Positions 1-13,700 of a stretch of 64,000 nt of DNA are shown one piece after another. Position 1 is the stretch's first letter, and each line of letters starts with the position of its first letter. The DNA is taken from contig CM082578.2 of NCBI GenBank assembly GCA_040954595.2, positions 11,291,166 to 11,355,165 on the forward strand, given 5' to 3'. A program made the position numbers and the translations under genes. This DNA is from Balanoglossus misakiensis (taxonomy: Eukaryota; Animalia; Hemichordata). Below the pieces are notes generated by a model. The model saw only the letters and a list, made by a program, of their open reading frames with translations, had not been told where the DNA came from and ran no database searches.

Positions 1-3000
1 AAACACTAGAAATGCCATGACTCTTAGATAAGCACGTCCCGTCAGTGATATACACGCACAGCCACTTTGAAAAACACACCAGTACATGATTTGTAACTTT
101 AAGTTCAATCCAACAAAAGTGCAAGGTTGTTTGTACTGCGGTAACGTACACATACATCACTGCATCCTGTTTCATCTGTCCCATCCCATCCCGATCCATC
201 TTTCTGTCAGTCACGCATACAAGTTCCACTTCATGTGCTCAGACTCTAAACTACACTGTGTAAAAAAGCCTTGGTATTTTTTCGTTCTATCTTTCCTTTC
301 AACAAACAATTTCAAATACACACTGCCTTATGAAATACGTCAGTAGCTCGCTTGACAATTTAGAACACAGCTGTACAAAAAACGGGTTAATTGGTCTAAA
401 CCTGAGAAGCCACTGGACGAGATGACTTAATCTGCGGAGGGGGGGGGGGGGGGGGCAGCCGGACAGCTCTGATGGGATACATCACCAAACAGGGATACAT
501 GTACAAATGTATTACATCACAAATTTGGGGTACCGGTAATACATCATCAAAAGGGGGGCTGAGACTTAATACCACATCACAGAATGAACAACCTCCACCA
601 AAGAGTGTCTAACGTCCACCTCCCGGTCTACTCCCCCCATTTCCGAGTAAGTGGAGCCCACTCAGCATATTAGGTGAGAAATTATCGAGTGAATGTAACA
701 CTGTCACCGCAGCGTACCATATCGAGATTCCCGGCCACAAGTCATCCCACCCCCCGATGCAAGTAACACCGGGTGAACTGTGGAAGAAATTTCCTATTTA
801 AGGAAGAGGATCTCTCGTAAACAAGAACGGATGCATATCTGCTGGTGTATTCGTGGAATCTTGGGTTAAGCCCCTTACACTGCATCAGGCGTAAACATCC
901 ACCTCGGCCGAACGAACGAACGTGTTCATTCCTTCCCGCCACAAATTTACTGCCATTTTTTTTTTAATTGACTTTTGAACTTTTGTGGATGGCCACAAAG
1001 GGGCAACAGGATACGATTAAGATTTTGATGGTATGTCTTACAACTGGATACTCGACTTGTACTACAGAAGTTTGTTAATCTGGTGAAAAGGTACACCCAA
1101 ATCTAAATTGCTGGGAGTGACAATTACCCTAATCGCTGAGCTACGTGTGAATGGAACTTGCTCGTTCAGTGATAAAGGTAGTCACTCTCGCATGCAACAA
1201 CTTGCAGCCACAGAAATTCTTAAAAAAAGATATCAAAGATACACTGGCATTCCAGGTGTATGTAACCATGACAACAGACCTGGTAAAGTACTACATGTAC
1301 AGTACCAGTAATGGACACGTCACAGTGATGCCGTTTCATTGAAAACGGCACAGCAGCAGATGTATGTTCCAAGTACCCTGCAGTCAATCAGAGAAAAAAT
1401 GTTGTTGATTCTAAATGAGTGCCAATCTGTCAGGTGCAAGGCTATAGGGCCATATCTCAATTATCACCTGCAAGACAAAACCAATATAGAACGTGGTAAA
1501 GCAAGATCCAAAAAGAGAAAACATTTTGATCCATCAGCATACAGTATGTCACTTCACTCAAACATTCTTTATGTGTGATGGCGGCCCTCTCCGGAACAAT
1601 ATACGTCACACTTCATCTGCATCTGATAGAGTACACACAGTCCAGAATCCCCAACTCCATTGACGTCTTGTTGCGTGAAGCCAAAATCACCACCGAGCCT
1701 CACACACTTTTAAAAAATCCTGAATGGACTGGCATCTTCACCAGTACCATATATAGTATTACTATAAGGGCTGGTTCAATATGGAAGTTGTGTACATGTT
1801 CTAGATGATAACAAATGTTTCATTTTTAGAAATATCAGTCTAATTGATGTGGAGTCAGGAGTTATTTACTACGGGAACCATGGGAATAGGGTAGCCACGT
1901 ACTTGGTCATGTGCCAGCGCTGCGCTTGACATCGCCCCGGTAACAGAGAGGCCAGAAATCTTCAATGTGAGTTGTATAGGGACAGACAGAGGCCTAACCA
2001 TCTATGGTGTGCCCGTCAACGTCTTTCTCACACGTCTTAATGGTTGAAAAAACAGCCATAAAGAACACACACATAGTTGGGCAAGTCACCCCTGAACAGC
2101 CCCCCCCCCTCTCTCTCTCTCTGAGACTGACTATTGCTACAATTCTGACAGCTGCGACTGCATTACGTGCACAGCGCTATACAGCGCTGCAGAAGGAATT
2201 AAAGCATCACCCCTGTAATTTTGATTTCCCGTGCAGAGCGATTAAAAGATGCTGCTTCTGAGGAATTAAGATACCGCTCTCATCGAGGTGCGTAAACTTT
2301 ACAAATTACCAACCACTGGTGCTATCAACGGTCTATCAACATTCACAGCCAAAAGATAACACGAAACACGAAGGCTTACATTTATTTCAACTGGTATACG
2401 GGCATCTTTTTTTTATAAAATGCGAGATAACTCGACTCCCGAGGGGAAAAAAACTTGAAAGCCATTAAGATTTCACTTGAATGCCATTTCTCCAACAAAT
2501 GATAACACACAAATAGTCCAAGTATGGCAAATATTCACCATCAGCCACATAAATCACAGCGAATTCAGTCGGTGCTGTGGTACGTACACGGCCAACCAGA
2601 AACAGAAAGGTCGAAAAACAACGCATCACATCACCACACAACAAAATTAAACTTGTGGGAAAGATGGTAGAGATGAGAAAACAAAAAAATGTATCTTTCA
2701 GTGTTTTACTTTCAGGAATGTGATTTCTGACTGCCTGATAAATGAGCACTGTGGCATGAGCAAGTCAGATAAGGAGACACCATTGTTTAGTCTCTATCCA
2801 ACGCCGTGTGAAATAATTTAATATTATTGCCAGTACCTTTTTTGCAAGTCCATTGATATGACCATTAAATGTGTTGGTTGCCTTTTAATAGTATCTCCTT
2901 GTGAAAGGACCAAACCAGCTCTTCTTCGAGTAAAAACACTTGGTGACGGTACTGAAGTTCAGACAATCTAATCTATTGCATTGCTTATTTTGGTGAGAAT

Positions 3001-6000
3001 TATTCACACATAACTCCCCCCCCCCATACACAACATATGATGGTTTCATGCAATAACAGACAAATAGTAAAGTTCCCGATGGTGCATGCCACTTGCTCTC
3101 ACTCAATTCTGGACACACTTTCCTGATTTTCTTGATTGGCAAGTTCTACTCTTCCAACCAATTTTGAAAAAAGACAAACGCACAGAACTTCTGACAAGTC
3201 CAAAACAAACACGCTTGATATATGACTATGCCCTTAGCCATCATTTTGCCCATTCATCTACAATCAAGAGCAATTCTCAACAAAAATGTTGGGTTTCTGT
3301 TTGAAACAGTGCTTGCTGCCCAAATGATGTTGCTTGTTGGCATGGCAACCTCACTTCCATTGTTGAGCCAAGGTCAAAGATGACAAGGAGTGCTCCTACC
3401 TTTCATTGTTCCACCTTGGGAAATATATTCGAGAAGTTTCACCATGGAGTCGGGCTTTCATTCAAGAAACGCAACAGTGTCCAGTACGTACATATGCACT
3501 GGGACCGAGAAAGTATACAATTAAGTTTAAATACCAAGGCATCGCCGCCGCGCTAAATGCAGTGTCAGAGGGAGGCGGAGCTGATGACGAAAATCCTCCC
3601 CACTCAACAAATGAGCTCATTGAGCACCGCTCTGACAGGCAAACGCACGACCCCTGACCCCTGTCACTTGGCAGGCTCCCCCTATTTCAGGTGGCGTACA
3701 TTACTAAATACCGATGTCTTTTGGATGTACATACACACAAAGTATACAGCTAGAAATATGTACACTGGCATAACTGTGCCAGGAATGCGCTCCAGAACTC
3801 TATCCGCTAAGTTTTCCTCTCGCACGGAAAGGGAAACCAGAGCCATCGGCTACTTCCAAAATGGTAACAGCTCACGTTTCACGTTTGGCGATCGAGGGAA
3901 GGAAAACTTCCAGCACTTCTCGGGTTCTATTTGCTTTGTCTTCATTTAACAGACTGCTTTCAATTATTAGGAATGAGATGAAAATAAAGGTGAACATGCG
4001 ATATGCGATCGCATACCGGGGCTGATCTATCTATACACACACACTTGTTTAACAGCACACACACACACTGTTACAACTGCAGCGACATTTATCGCACCAT
4101 GATAAGCTAATGCGCAATGGTTTTCTGATGGCAGTCATATCGCAGCGCTGCACTTGGCTTCACAGCCAAAGGTGATCTCGAGGGAATACCGCAGAGACAC
4201 ACCATCAATCATTTCAAACAAAACAAACATAATTTGCACCCAATTTACTCTTAACGAATAATGAATATTTCCATCATCAAGTCCAAGGTTTTTTCGAACA
4301 CTGGTGACGCATGTAGGTTTCCAATAATAAAACGCAAGGCGTGCAGTCCAGCTCAGGTTACCAAAACTATTTGGCTAAAATTGCATCCCTTGATCAAATG
4401 TGGAAGAGACAAGTTCATTTCCTTCTCCGAGAGCTGGAGAGATACTGTTACCCTCTACAGCCAGTATCCATGGCACTCCCAGCTTGACAGTCAACTTGAC
4501 AGAGAGAGCGAGCCTTAGCAGTGATACAATGAACAGTGAGGATGATTACAATACAGCATTCACAATACGATGCTGCCGTTAGCAAGTTTAGCTTTTAATA
4601 ATACAACCAAGGAACGAGAAACTGTGCATGCCATCCTACATTTATGGGGAGATGGGGCAATCAAGTGAATAGCGCCACCACAAGGTAGCATGGCACTGTT
4701 TATCTTGTTATACTAGTCTAGAAAATCTAACATTTTTTGATATATAAAATATGTATGCGAATTAAGCCCTGTTGTTTTTTGTTATTACTGTAGAACAGGT
4801 TTACGGTATATAATACTTTCTAGTAATTCTCAACATAATTCTACGAGACAAGTCAAACGTGACCACATTTTGCACGTTGCGCGTCGATCCTTGAACCAGG
4901 CACAAACTTCTTGGGCTGAGTAAATTCACTGTAAGATATTACAAGGTCCGATACTCTGCTCATCCATCAGCGACTAGACAATTTCTCATGCAGGCCAGCT
5001 GCTGCTCGCAACTTGTCTTTGCTGGGTCTGTTTATCTAACAAGGACCCTGAATTCATTCCCACAAATGGTTGGAATTCTGACTTCAGGAGTTTGAAAGAA
5101 AAAAAAGTCCCCCGACAGACTGCACCCATGGGGCAAGGACACTTTATACAAAAACACTTCACATAAACACTCAACTATTAAAATGTTTTATTTTTGCATA
5201 CTTGTAATATTGTATCTTTAATACCCAGGGTTTTATTACTTGGAATTTGGATGTTATACAGCGAGAGAAATGCGTGACGATTTACAGTCCCCCACGTAAC
5301 GGTAGCTATAAAGTTTTCCACTCCTACGGCGCTAACGCCATGAGGCAGGTACAATGGGCCTAACACCCCTGTCAATCAACTCTGCCATGGTTCCACATAC
5401 AGTGGGGATACGTCTACCATCCACTGTGCCATTACTGTGTCTGTCAATGCCATTTCAGTCCGTCCACCTCGGAGTTGAATCTCCATGCAAGTGAACCCTC
5501 CCCCACTCTCAACTCAACCCCTTGCCAAATCCTTGAGATCTACAGACCACAGAAAGTCTAACAGCACAACCAACGAACACACTGACACCATCCCGACCTT
5601 AGAGCAGAACGTTTGATACAAGTATGCATATGGTGAATGGAAGCAGAATGCTTTGTACATGTACATCACCACACACAGCCTTTTCAACACGGGACAAAAA
5701 AAATTTTTTTTGCAACGCTCATGTGCATTTACCGAAAGAGCGATTTCGTGAGCATGCAGACATTTGTAAAGCTGAATTCCCCCGATGGACAACAACTTTG
5801 CAAGCCTTTGACGCACGTTCCATACCGGTGTATACCGTGAAGAAAAAAATGTCAACAAGATGTTTCACAATGCAGAAACATTCCTCTCACTTTTGACAAG
5901 CTAAAAGTGACACCTTATAGCATTCACCGTTTTTTCTTGCAGATGGTTGAACTCCGACCTCTCAAGATGCGTTGAGTTGACTGGGCTTGTCAGCCACTAT

Positions 6001-7157
6001 CCAGGCGAAGGCATTGCCAGGGCAAAATGTTAAAAGCTTTTCTGCAAAGACCTGAGATGAAAAAAGCATGTTTTGTATGTACATGTATGTAAGGATGGAC
6101 GTACGAATCTATGTACAGTGTTTGTATCTATATACATGCTTGTTTAGATCTCAAAACTGAATACATGTACCTGATTGCTAAGAAGCATTTTGTCACCAGT
6201 TCACTGTGGCACAGTTGTATAAAATGAACATACCCTTGCAGAACTCTATACGAGAAGTGATTCTGTTGCTATGTGGGAAATGTCAACTATGATTACACTC
6301 TGAAACAGTGTAAGACCATTCACAGTAGGTGCCCCACTTGTTACCATGGCAAATATGGCAGTGGGCTTTTTTTCCCAGAAAAGAATGTCAGGAACATGAC
6401 AGTCCAGTTCCACAACCAACAAGTCACGGTGCACAGAAATGTATTTGCCAGCAATTCCTCTGAATAACTTGGTATCTACATGTACATCTTGCCTTTCCTT
6501 CAATCTGCCAAAAAGACAGCAGCCCCTCTTTTCTTGGATGGGTCAAGAAAAAGGCATTATACATGTAGGTACTTGGCCTACACAAAAGTAAACAGTCTTC
6601 GTTTCCAAAGGATATTTCTAATTTCTATGAAACATAAATACTCTACAAAAAAAGTCTTATTGTATATAGCATTTCCGATTCTACCGACACAAACACAGCC
6701 CCAAGCCTACAACTCCGACCGCTATAATTCTCCCGTTTTCTGATCCCTCTTCACCCTCAAGAGATTGTTTATAAGCGGAAGCACGGAGCAACATAAGATG
6801 ACAGGGCTCCCGGCTCAGTACAAATCTAAACTCCCCCGGTGCGGAAGAGAGTAAACAAGACGTGTTCACGTCATCTGGGATGAAATTCCACGGCAAAAAA
6901 ATCATTAAATCCAAAACTAAATGTAATCTTTCAGTCAACTATGTTGATCTGACTGATGAAGACACCACATGTGGTGAATACACAAGATCTTTTCTATATT
7001 GACGCTCCATTAGCTACATAAGTTTCAGTTATTTTTCATTATTCTGTTATCTGTATCAACTAAATTTCGTGTTTGACTGAAAATGATGTTCCCAGTATAC
7101 AGCTACAGCTTATCAACATAGTCCATGGAATTACAGTCTGGAATTAAATTTATTTGT

Positions 7158-7179
7158 CAACAACAACAACAACAACAAC
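7158..7179. repeat. (CAA)n microsatellite
   Basis: Directly visible. Confidence 0.9.
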
Positions 7180-10100
7180 TATGGTCATTATATACAAATA
7201 GACTCTGCCACGACGAAAATTAGCAGAAAGTTAAAAGCTACATGTATTGTCCCTTTAAAAGCTTTCTATCAAATTTGTGATTCTATACACTGACTAGCAG
7301 ACATCTTCCTTGATTTTATTGCATCGATTCACCCTATACTTCCTTTAATTTCACGAGCTATGAGATCAGTCTGTATGTCACAACTGAAATGTGTATTAAA
7401 TACATGTACACGTGTACAGATGGCTGTTGGCCAGGGATAAAACACTGCAGAGATTCATTTGAACCACACAATAAAATGAGTTAATGTCTTCAAGCGCGTG
7501 AACCACCGGAAAGAATCTCCACGTTCAGCACGCCAAACTGCAAAACTGTAATGTATCATAAATTAGCAAACAGAAAGAGATAAAACAGACAGGACTATTT
7601 TGGTCAGTGCAAGAACACCACTTCAAATATAATCGATGGATTTATTTAATCCCAGTTGTTGCTACAAAACAAATCAGTGCAGCGCAAATACTCTGGACTG
7701 CTTTGAATCCGAGTCTTACTGTCTTCTCTCACCTCTCACTTTGCCTGACAAATTTGACCGTGTTGAACATAGCTACATATCTCTTTCCAACTTTGTTTAC
7801 CGACCGGATTGGCGACCAGGCAGATAAAATAATCACCACTTTCCAAGAATAACATACCCACTTATCAAAAGACACTACAAGACTGGCTGCTCCAGGTTCG
7901 CCCCCCAGTGGCACAATTCACAAAACTGGGGCAGTCAGCAACTGTACATTCAACTTCTACAAAAAAGTGTATATTTGTCCAGTGCTGGTAATGCACACAC
8001 ATTTGAGGCCAATAAATTGAGTGTGCAATGTAAGCAAGTTACCCTGGGTGTATAGTCAGAGTAGCCGTTTGGTGTAAACAGAGGTACTGGTCCAGGGAGA
8101 CATTTCACTGAATGTGCTATTCATGTTTTTCACGACAAAAGTTTCGGAGAGAAACTTATAACTCATTGAATTGTTTTCAAATTGATATTTACTGAATTCA
8201 TTTTTGCTTTGTCTCATTTCTATTTTATGCATGAGTGTGTGCGTACGTGTGTATGTGTGTTTGTAATATCCGTGTATGCATGTAAGTATGCATGCATGCA
8301 TGTATGTACACAAAATGAACATCATCATTTCACGTATGTAACACTCTGTGATATGATCCACACTGGCAAACAGACCAAAACCATCGGCTCTCAGGCAGAG
8401 ATGGAGACGCTCTGTATCAACCTGCTCTGCTGATTGGTTGAAAGTGGACACCTGCCCAATTATGAATAAACCGTGTTTCATCAGCCGCATACTTTCCCCG
8501 GGTAATTTCATTTCAGAAGATAACGGCTTGTGGGAGATATTCCACAAATGTGGCAGTAATCAGACCTGGCATGCATATAATATACCTGAACATGTTAGTT
8601 AGTACATGGAATTCCTCGTTTATCCTTGAAAGCATGTGATAGCTGTATTTGGTATCGGTGATGGCACACACATGATTTTACTAATCGGGATGTTTGACGG
8701 CGTGTTGCGGTGCTGTACGGCTAAGTGCATACATGACGCCGACATTTGCTGTATTAAAGCAAAGACATGGTCACCACATGTATCTTTACGACAGAAAAAT
8801 ATTTGAGTAAAAAAAAATCACGGCGGTGTGAAATCTAATAAAATGACAAAAAATCTGCGTGTTTGGACATCATTATCGCATGGATATTTGCCAAGGAATG
8901 TGGGATGATCTTTTTAGGCGCGAAAATACCGGAGTTATGGAAACTTCATCTTTAACTGCACTCCGTTGATAACTTTAGCAGACGTGGGGTGTTCGCCGCA
9001 CAGAGTCATAAAGTACTGTAAATCATTTTTGATCAACTGGGAGATTTATCAAAAATGCAGACAGCAAACACCTAAAAATACAAGAAATACAGAAGGAATG
9101 CCTGTAGCTAGGGGGCTCAATTAATTCGGCAATAAAACAAAATCGACCGGTTTAAGCGAAATCGGAAGTGTTCATGGCGGCAGTAATGCGTCTTGCTGCA
9201 CGGCACAGGGCAAATCACATCGGTGTCCTTTTGTAAATATGACACTGATCTCAAAAATTTTAATTCGGCTATCACTTCCACATTTCTGCCGACAAATATT
9301 TTTTACCAATTCCGCGCATAACACATCAATCAGGCGGGCTAAATGCCGTGGAATTCGGTCTCTAATTTGCGCAAATTACAGGTTTTTCCCGGCAAATTGC
9401 AATCAGCATTCCGCGCGTGCGACTCCGGGATTTCTTTCCTCCTTCAGAGTATCGCGCAGATACCTCCAAAAATCAGCAACGCTCAAAAACGGGCCAAATA
9501 TTTTGAAACCAGATGGGTGAGATCACTCCGTAGCTGCAGTGTTTTGGAAAATGTCTCAATTACGGCCACCGAATGCCCTCTCATCCCCGACACAGACAGA
9601 GTTTAAACAAAAGCATGTGTTATTTTGCGGAGAGCAGCTCCTCGCGCAAATACCAAGTGATTTTCACACAGTGCTAAAGTTTCAATCTTTGCCACTGGCA
9701 TGCTAAGCTTGTTGTGCCAACTCGATTGGACGTAAAAGGTTTTACCGTTTGTCATCGCGCTGCGCTGCCCGACCCCATAACGATAATCACTGGAATGTCG
9801 AACTGGGTCACACCGCGGCTGACTTCGGGACAGTTTGCAGACGAGGCCGCGGAAAAAAATCAATATTTATAACAGCCACGTTGGGCTGGAAGCATCCAAG
9901 GTTTCGCGAGAATCTACAAATTTCTCACATCGTCGAATTCTAGACCGATGCAAGGCCAGTGAAACTCAGGTTTGCAGGAGCTCACAAAATGTTTATCACT
10001 TCGCTATGTGTGGGACCGAGCGCTGCATTTTCCCAACACGGAAAGCGCACAGCATGTAACACTCAAACAGAAAATTCTAAACACCAAATCCAATAGATGG

Positions 10101-10639
10101 CAATTTGCCCCATTAGACATAATTGTAAGCCGAAGTAAGTACAAGCACTGGGTCCCTTATAGTAGACAGCACTAAAAATTGATTATGCTATCTGGTGAAA
10201 ACTCATCTATCTCTGCATTCTCGTGTTCAGACACAGACTTCTTAGGCTACCAGGGTACCATTCACAGTGGCCATACATTAACAGTCCGCTCTGAACCATG
10301 CAACCTCAGCGCGGAAAGACAGAGAAAAGTTACACAGCATGTTAAAGCAATAACGTTATAAGGAGAATTTTTTTTTTTACTTGTCAACAGAAGACAGGAG
10401 TTGGAAGCACTAATCTGATACACAGCGTACAATATCAGGGAGTGTGCGCACTCAAGATAAAATGACATGTGGCTGACACGGCGGACGTACGGAGACCAAA
10501 AATTGGGTATTACAGTAGTATATGTACAAAACAGCTGACCCCTTCTATAACCAACACTGCTCTTGTGTGTAGATCATCATACAAATAATGAGAATCCCAA
10601 AGCATCTAACAAAATGTTACCATGACATTACTGAGCATT

Positions 10640-10733
10640 CATCATCATCATCATCATCATCACCATCATTATCATCATCATCATCATCACCATCACCATC
10701 ACCATCATCTTCATCATCACCACCACCACCACC
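10640..10733. repeat. (CAT)n/(CAC)n compound microsatellite
   Basis: Directly visible trinucleotide run. Confidence 0.95.
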
Positions 10734-13700
10734 AGCCTCAACTGTGAGACTGTGACGAATAATTATCCATATATGTACATGTGCAAGCCAAAACGTTCCA
10801 ACAACAGCACTGGTGAAGTACATGTGCTTGAAATTTGCAGCATGCATAGAATTTCTTGTAGGCAAAAGCGTGAGATCCGTTTTGAATACAAAGTGAGCAT
10901 GAATCAGTGAAGAGAATTATGGCAGTCTTAGTTACCGGACAGGGTTCGCCGTACACAAAAGGTTAAAAATGCAGAAGTCTACAGATACACACGCGAATGT
11001 TGACATATTTTTTTCTTGTCAATCGTGAAAGTATTCTGTCTACTGTGTTACTAGCTGGAATTGGCCCTTTTAACCCTGTGCTGTCACCCCTGACAACCAG
11101 ACTACCCAACAAATCTTCCCCATCAGTTATAAATGTAAGTCCTCGACCATGGACCAAAGCCCATAAATAAGCCAACTGATCTGATATTGATTCCTGTAAT
11201 TACACAAATCAAAATCTGCAGAAAGTTTCATTTGCATGCTGGTTTTACTTTTGAGCCAATCAAAATCATTGAAAAATTATATCAGACAATAATTGTTTAT
11301 TGCTCATTCTGATTTGTTTGAAATTTCAGGATTTATTCATTGAACGTCACATTGCCATAAATTGCAAAGAATTCAGCCAAAAGTACTTCTTTTATAAGAC
11401 ACTGTGGTGAGTTTGCAATGTCTCATCACCCATCAGTGGCGTAGAGTAATTCCAAACACAACTGCATCACAGATTAGCCCAAATAGGTCTGAAACTGAAG
11501 TTAATTTCCACTACACGCTCTGCTATGTGTAGATGCCGGCTAAGGAATCTTGTCTACGTGCCTAAAAGGCCTTGGAAAATTACTGACTTGGGAGACTTCC
11601 CAGCTCAAGTTACTGCCATAAGCTATCTTAATAAACTCTCTTAATAATCTTGTTTAATGCCACACCTAACTCGCGCTTACATCCGTGATTTCTTCCGCCA
11701 CAATAATCAGTGTTGAGTTTACGCATCAGTAGTTTGCATTATATAAGGCAGTTTCACATTTCTCCCTACACGGCGAGGGCTTGTTAAAATTGGAAAAGTA
11801 CACTATGTCCACCTTTAAAAACTGAGGTACATCATGTACACTGGTCAGCATGCATACAGACCATGTCAACTTAGTTTAAAAAACAAAAGTTTTTGGTGAC
11901 ATCTACTGTGAGGGCAGTATGAATTTCGAGAAACGAACATGTGGGTAACACAAAACTTAATTGAAAATGTTGTGCTGATCATTATTTTCAAACAATGCCC
12001 CTAAATGTAAATTCCACCTCTATTACTTAAACCCTACCAAAACAGAAAACATGCTGTAAACAATTACATCAGTACGTCATGGATTTTTTCATGTACATTG
12101 TATCTTGCAATAATTTCCCTGGCTACCGGCAACCGGCTTCGCATTCTGAAATTACAAAATAACCAAAATGCACAAATTCACTGCTGAAAGTACAGTTATG
12201 TAGTGGTCTGCCTAAATTACAAATAGTGTTCCACAAATAACTGATTTTATCTGCAAATAACATACTTCCTGTCACCCCTTCCCTCTGTCCTGATTTCCGT
12301 CGGAGAGTGTGTGTGCTTCGGAGACCTTTCCTAACTGCTATTAAAACCCATCAAGGTCACTATGACCCAATCCAGAGTTTTGAAGGTGAATGGCTATTTA
12401 AATCAACAAAGGTACTAGTGCAGGGCAAAAAAAGAAGACCGGAAAGCCCATTCTGATCCGCGCGTGTAACGTTTGGAAACGTATCCACATTGCAGCCCTA
12501 CTGGGAAGGAGGTAACAGGAAAAGGAAACACATCCATTTGGAAGACAGGACATCCATTGAAGTTTCTATACAAGAACTCTATCTGCTGCAATGGAAAGTG
12601 TGTTCAAACGATGTAATCATTAATTTATTTCAAAAAATCATATAACTTAAAATTTGCAAATTTCCAGAACTATATACAAACATGTAATATACCAAAGCAA
12701 GTTAACCTATTGTGCAACTCTCAGCATCAACCCATGACCTATTTTACATTGCCTGAAGCACATCTTCGGTTTTCAATCCACCCTTTCAAAAGAGATATAA
12801 ATATATCATTTCATACATCAGCATTTCATATTTAATGCACTGCAGTGTGGGAAAGTGAATGCATGACAATATCTATGCACCAAAATTCTTGCAAGAGATT
12901 TTTTACTACACAGAAATCCATCAAGAAGACAACATATTGCTATCATCAGATTGGGCAACCGCAATAAGACTATAAATGGTTTTCCATTTTCCGTCACTAA
13001 ACTCCTGGAGAAAGAAAAAAAAAAATATCCGAGGCATTCTATGTCGGGGCAAATGCTTGCACTTTCCTAATTCCAATCATCAATCAAGTCACTAGGCAAC
13101 CATTAGACCTGACCGCCAGCCTGGAAAATCCTCGTCATACATTCATGGAATTATTGCCGGCCAATAAATCAATAGCCGGAGCAACGCCACTGACAGCCAC
13201 ATCAATTTCAACCCTGATATTAATATCGCATGAAGTCAAATGTTTTCTCGGATCTGAATAATAAATTATTCCTTATCGCGAACACCCGGACAGAATTTGT
13301 CTGGGACCAGCCTCTCGGGGGAGAAAGTGTTGATTAAGGTCTTTATAAGGGGGAGATGTTAAGATCAACAGCGCCCTGGAAAATGATCTTCAGGGTTGTA
13401 CTAATGTCAACTGACAAACAGAACTTCCGACAATTATAGTGAAATCTGAACACGTTTAGACAAAACAAAAATGTGGATTTTGTGTGTTTTCCTTGAAAAT
13501 GAAAGCATCATTTTGTACATACATGTAGACTACAGCATGATGTAAAGGCTCATAAATTCGCTAATGAAAAACGTATTAAGAAGTATCCTCAGACCAAGGC
13601 CTCTTTATACCACCACAGAAAATAGACTCGAGCAATAACATCATTTAATGCTACTTAAACAAGCTGCAGATCCACTCAGGAGTCAATAAAACCTTGGGAT

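Noticed and set aside
10617-10865. ORF with a poly-Asp/Gly tract
   Set aside because: It is the translation of a (CAT)n/(CAC)n microsatellite, with no convincing splice context.
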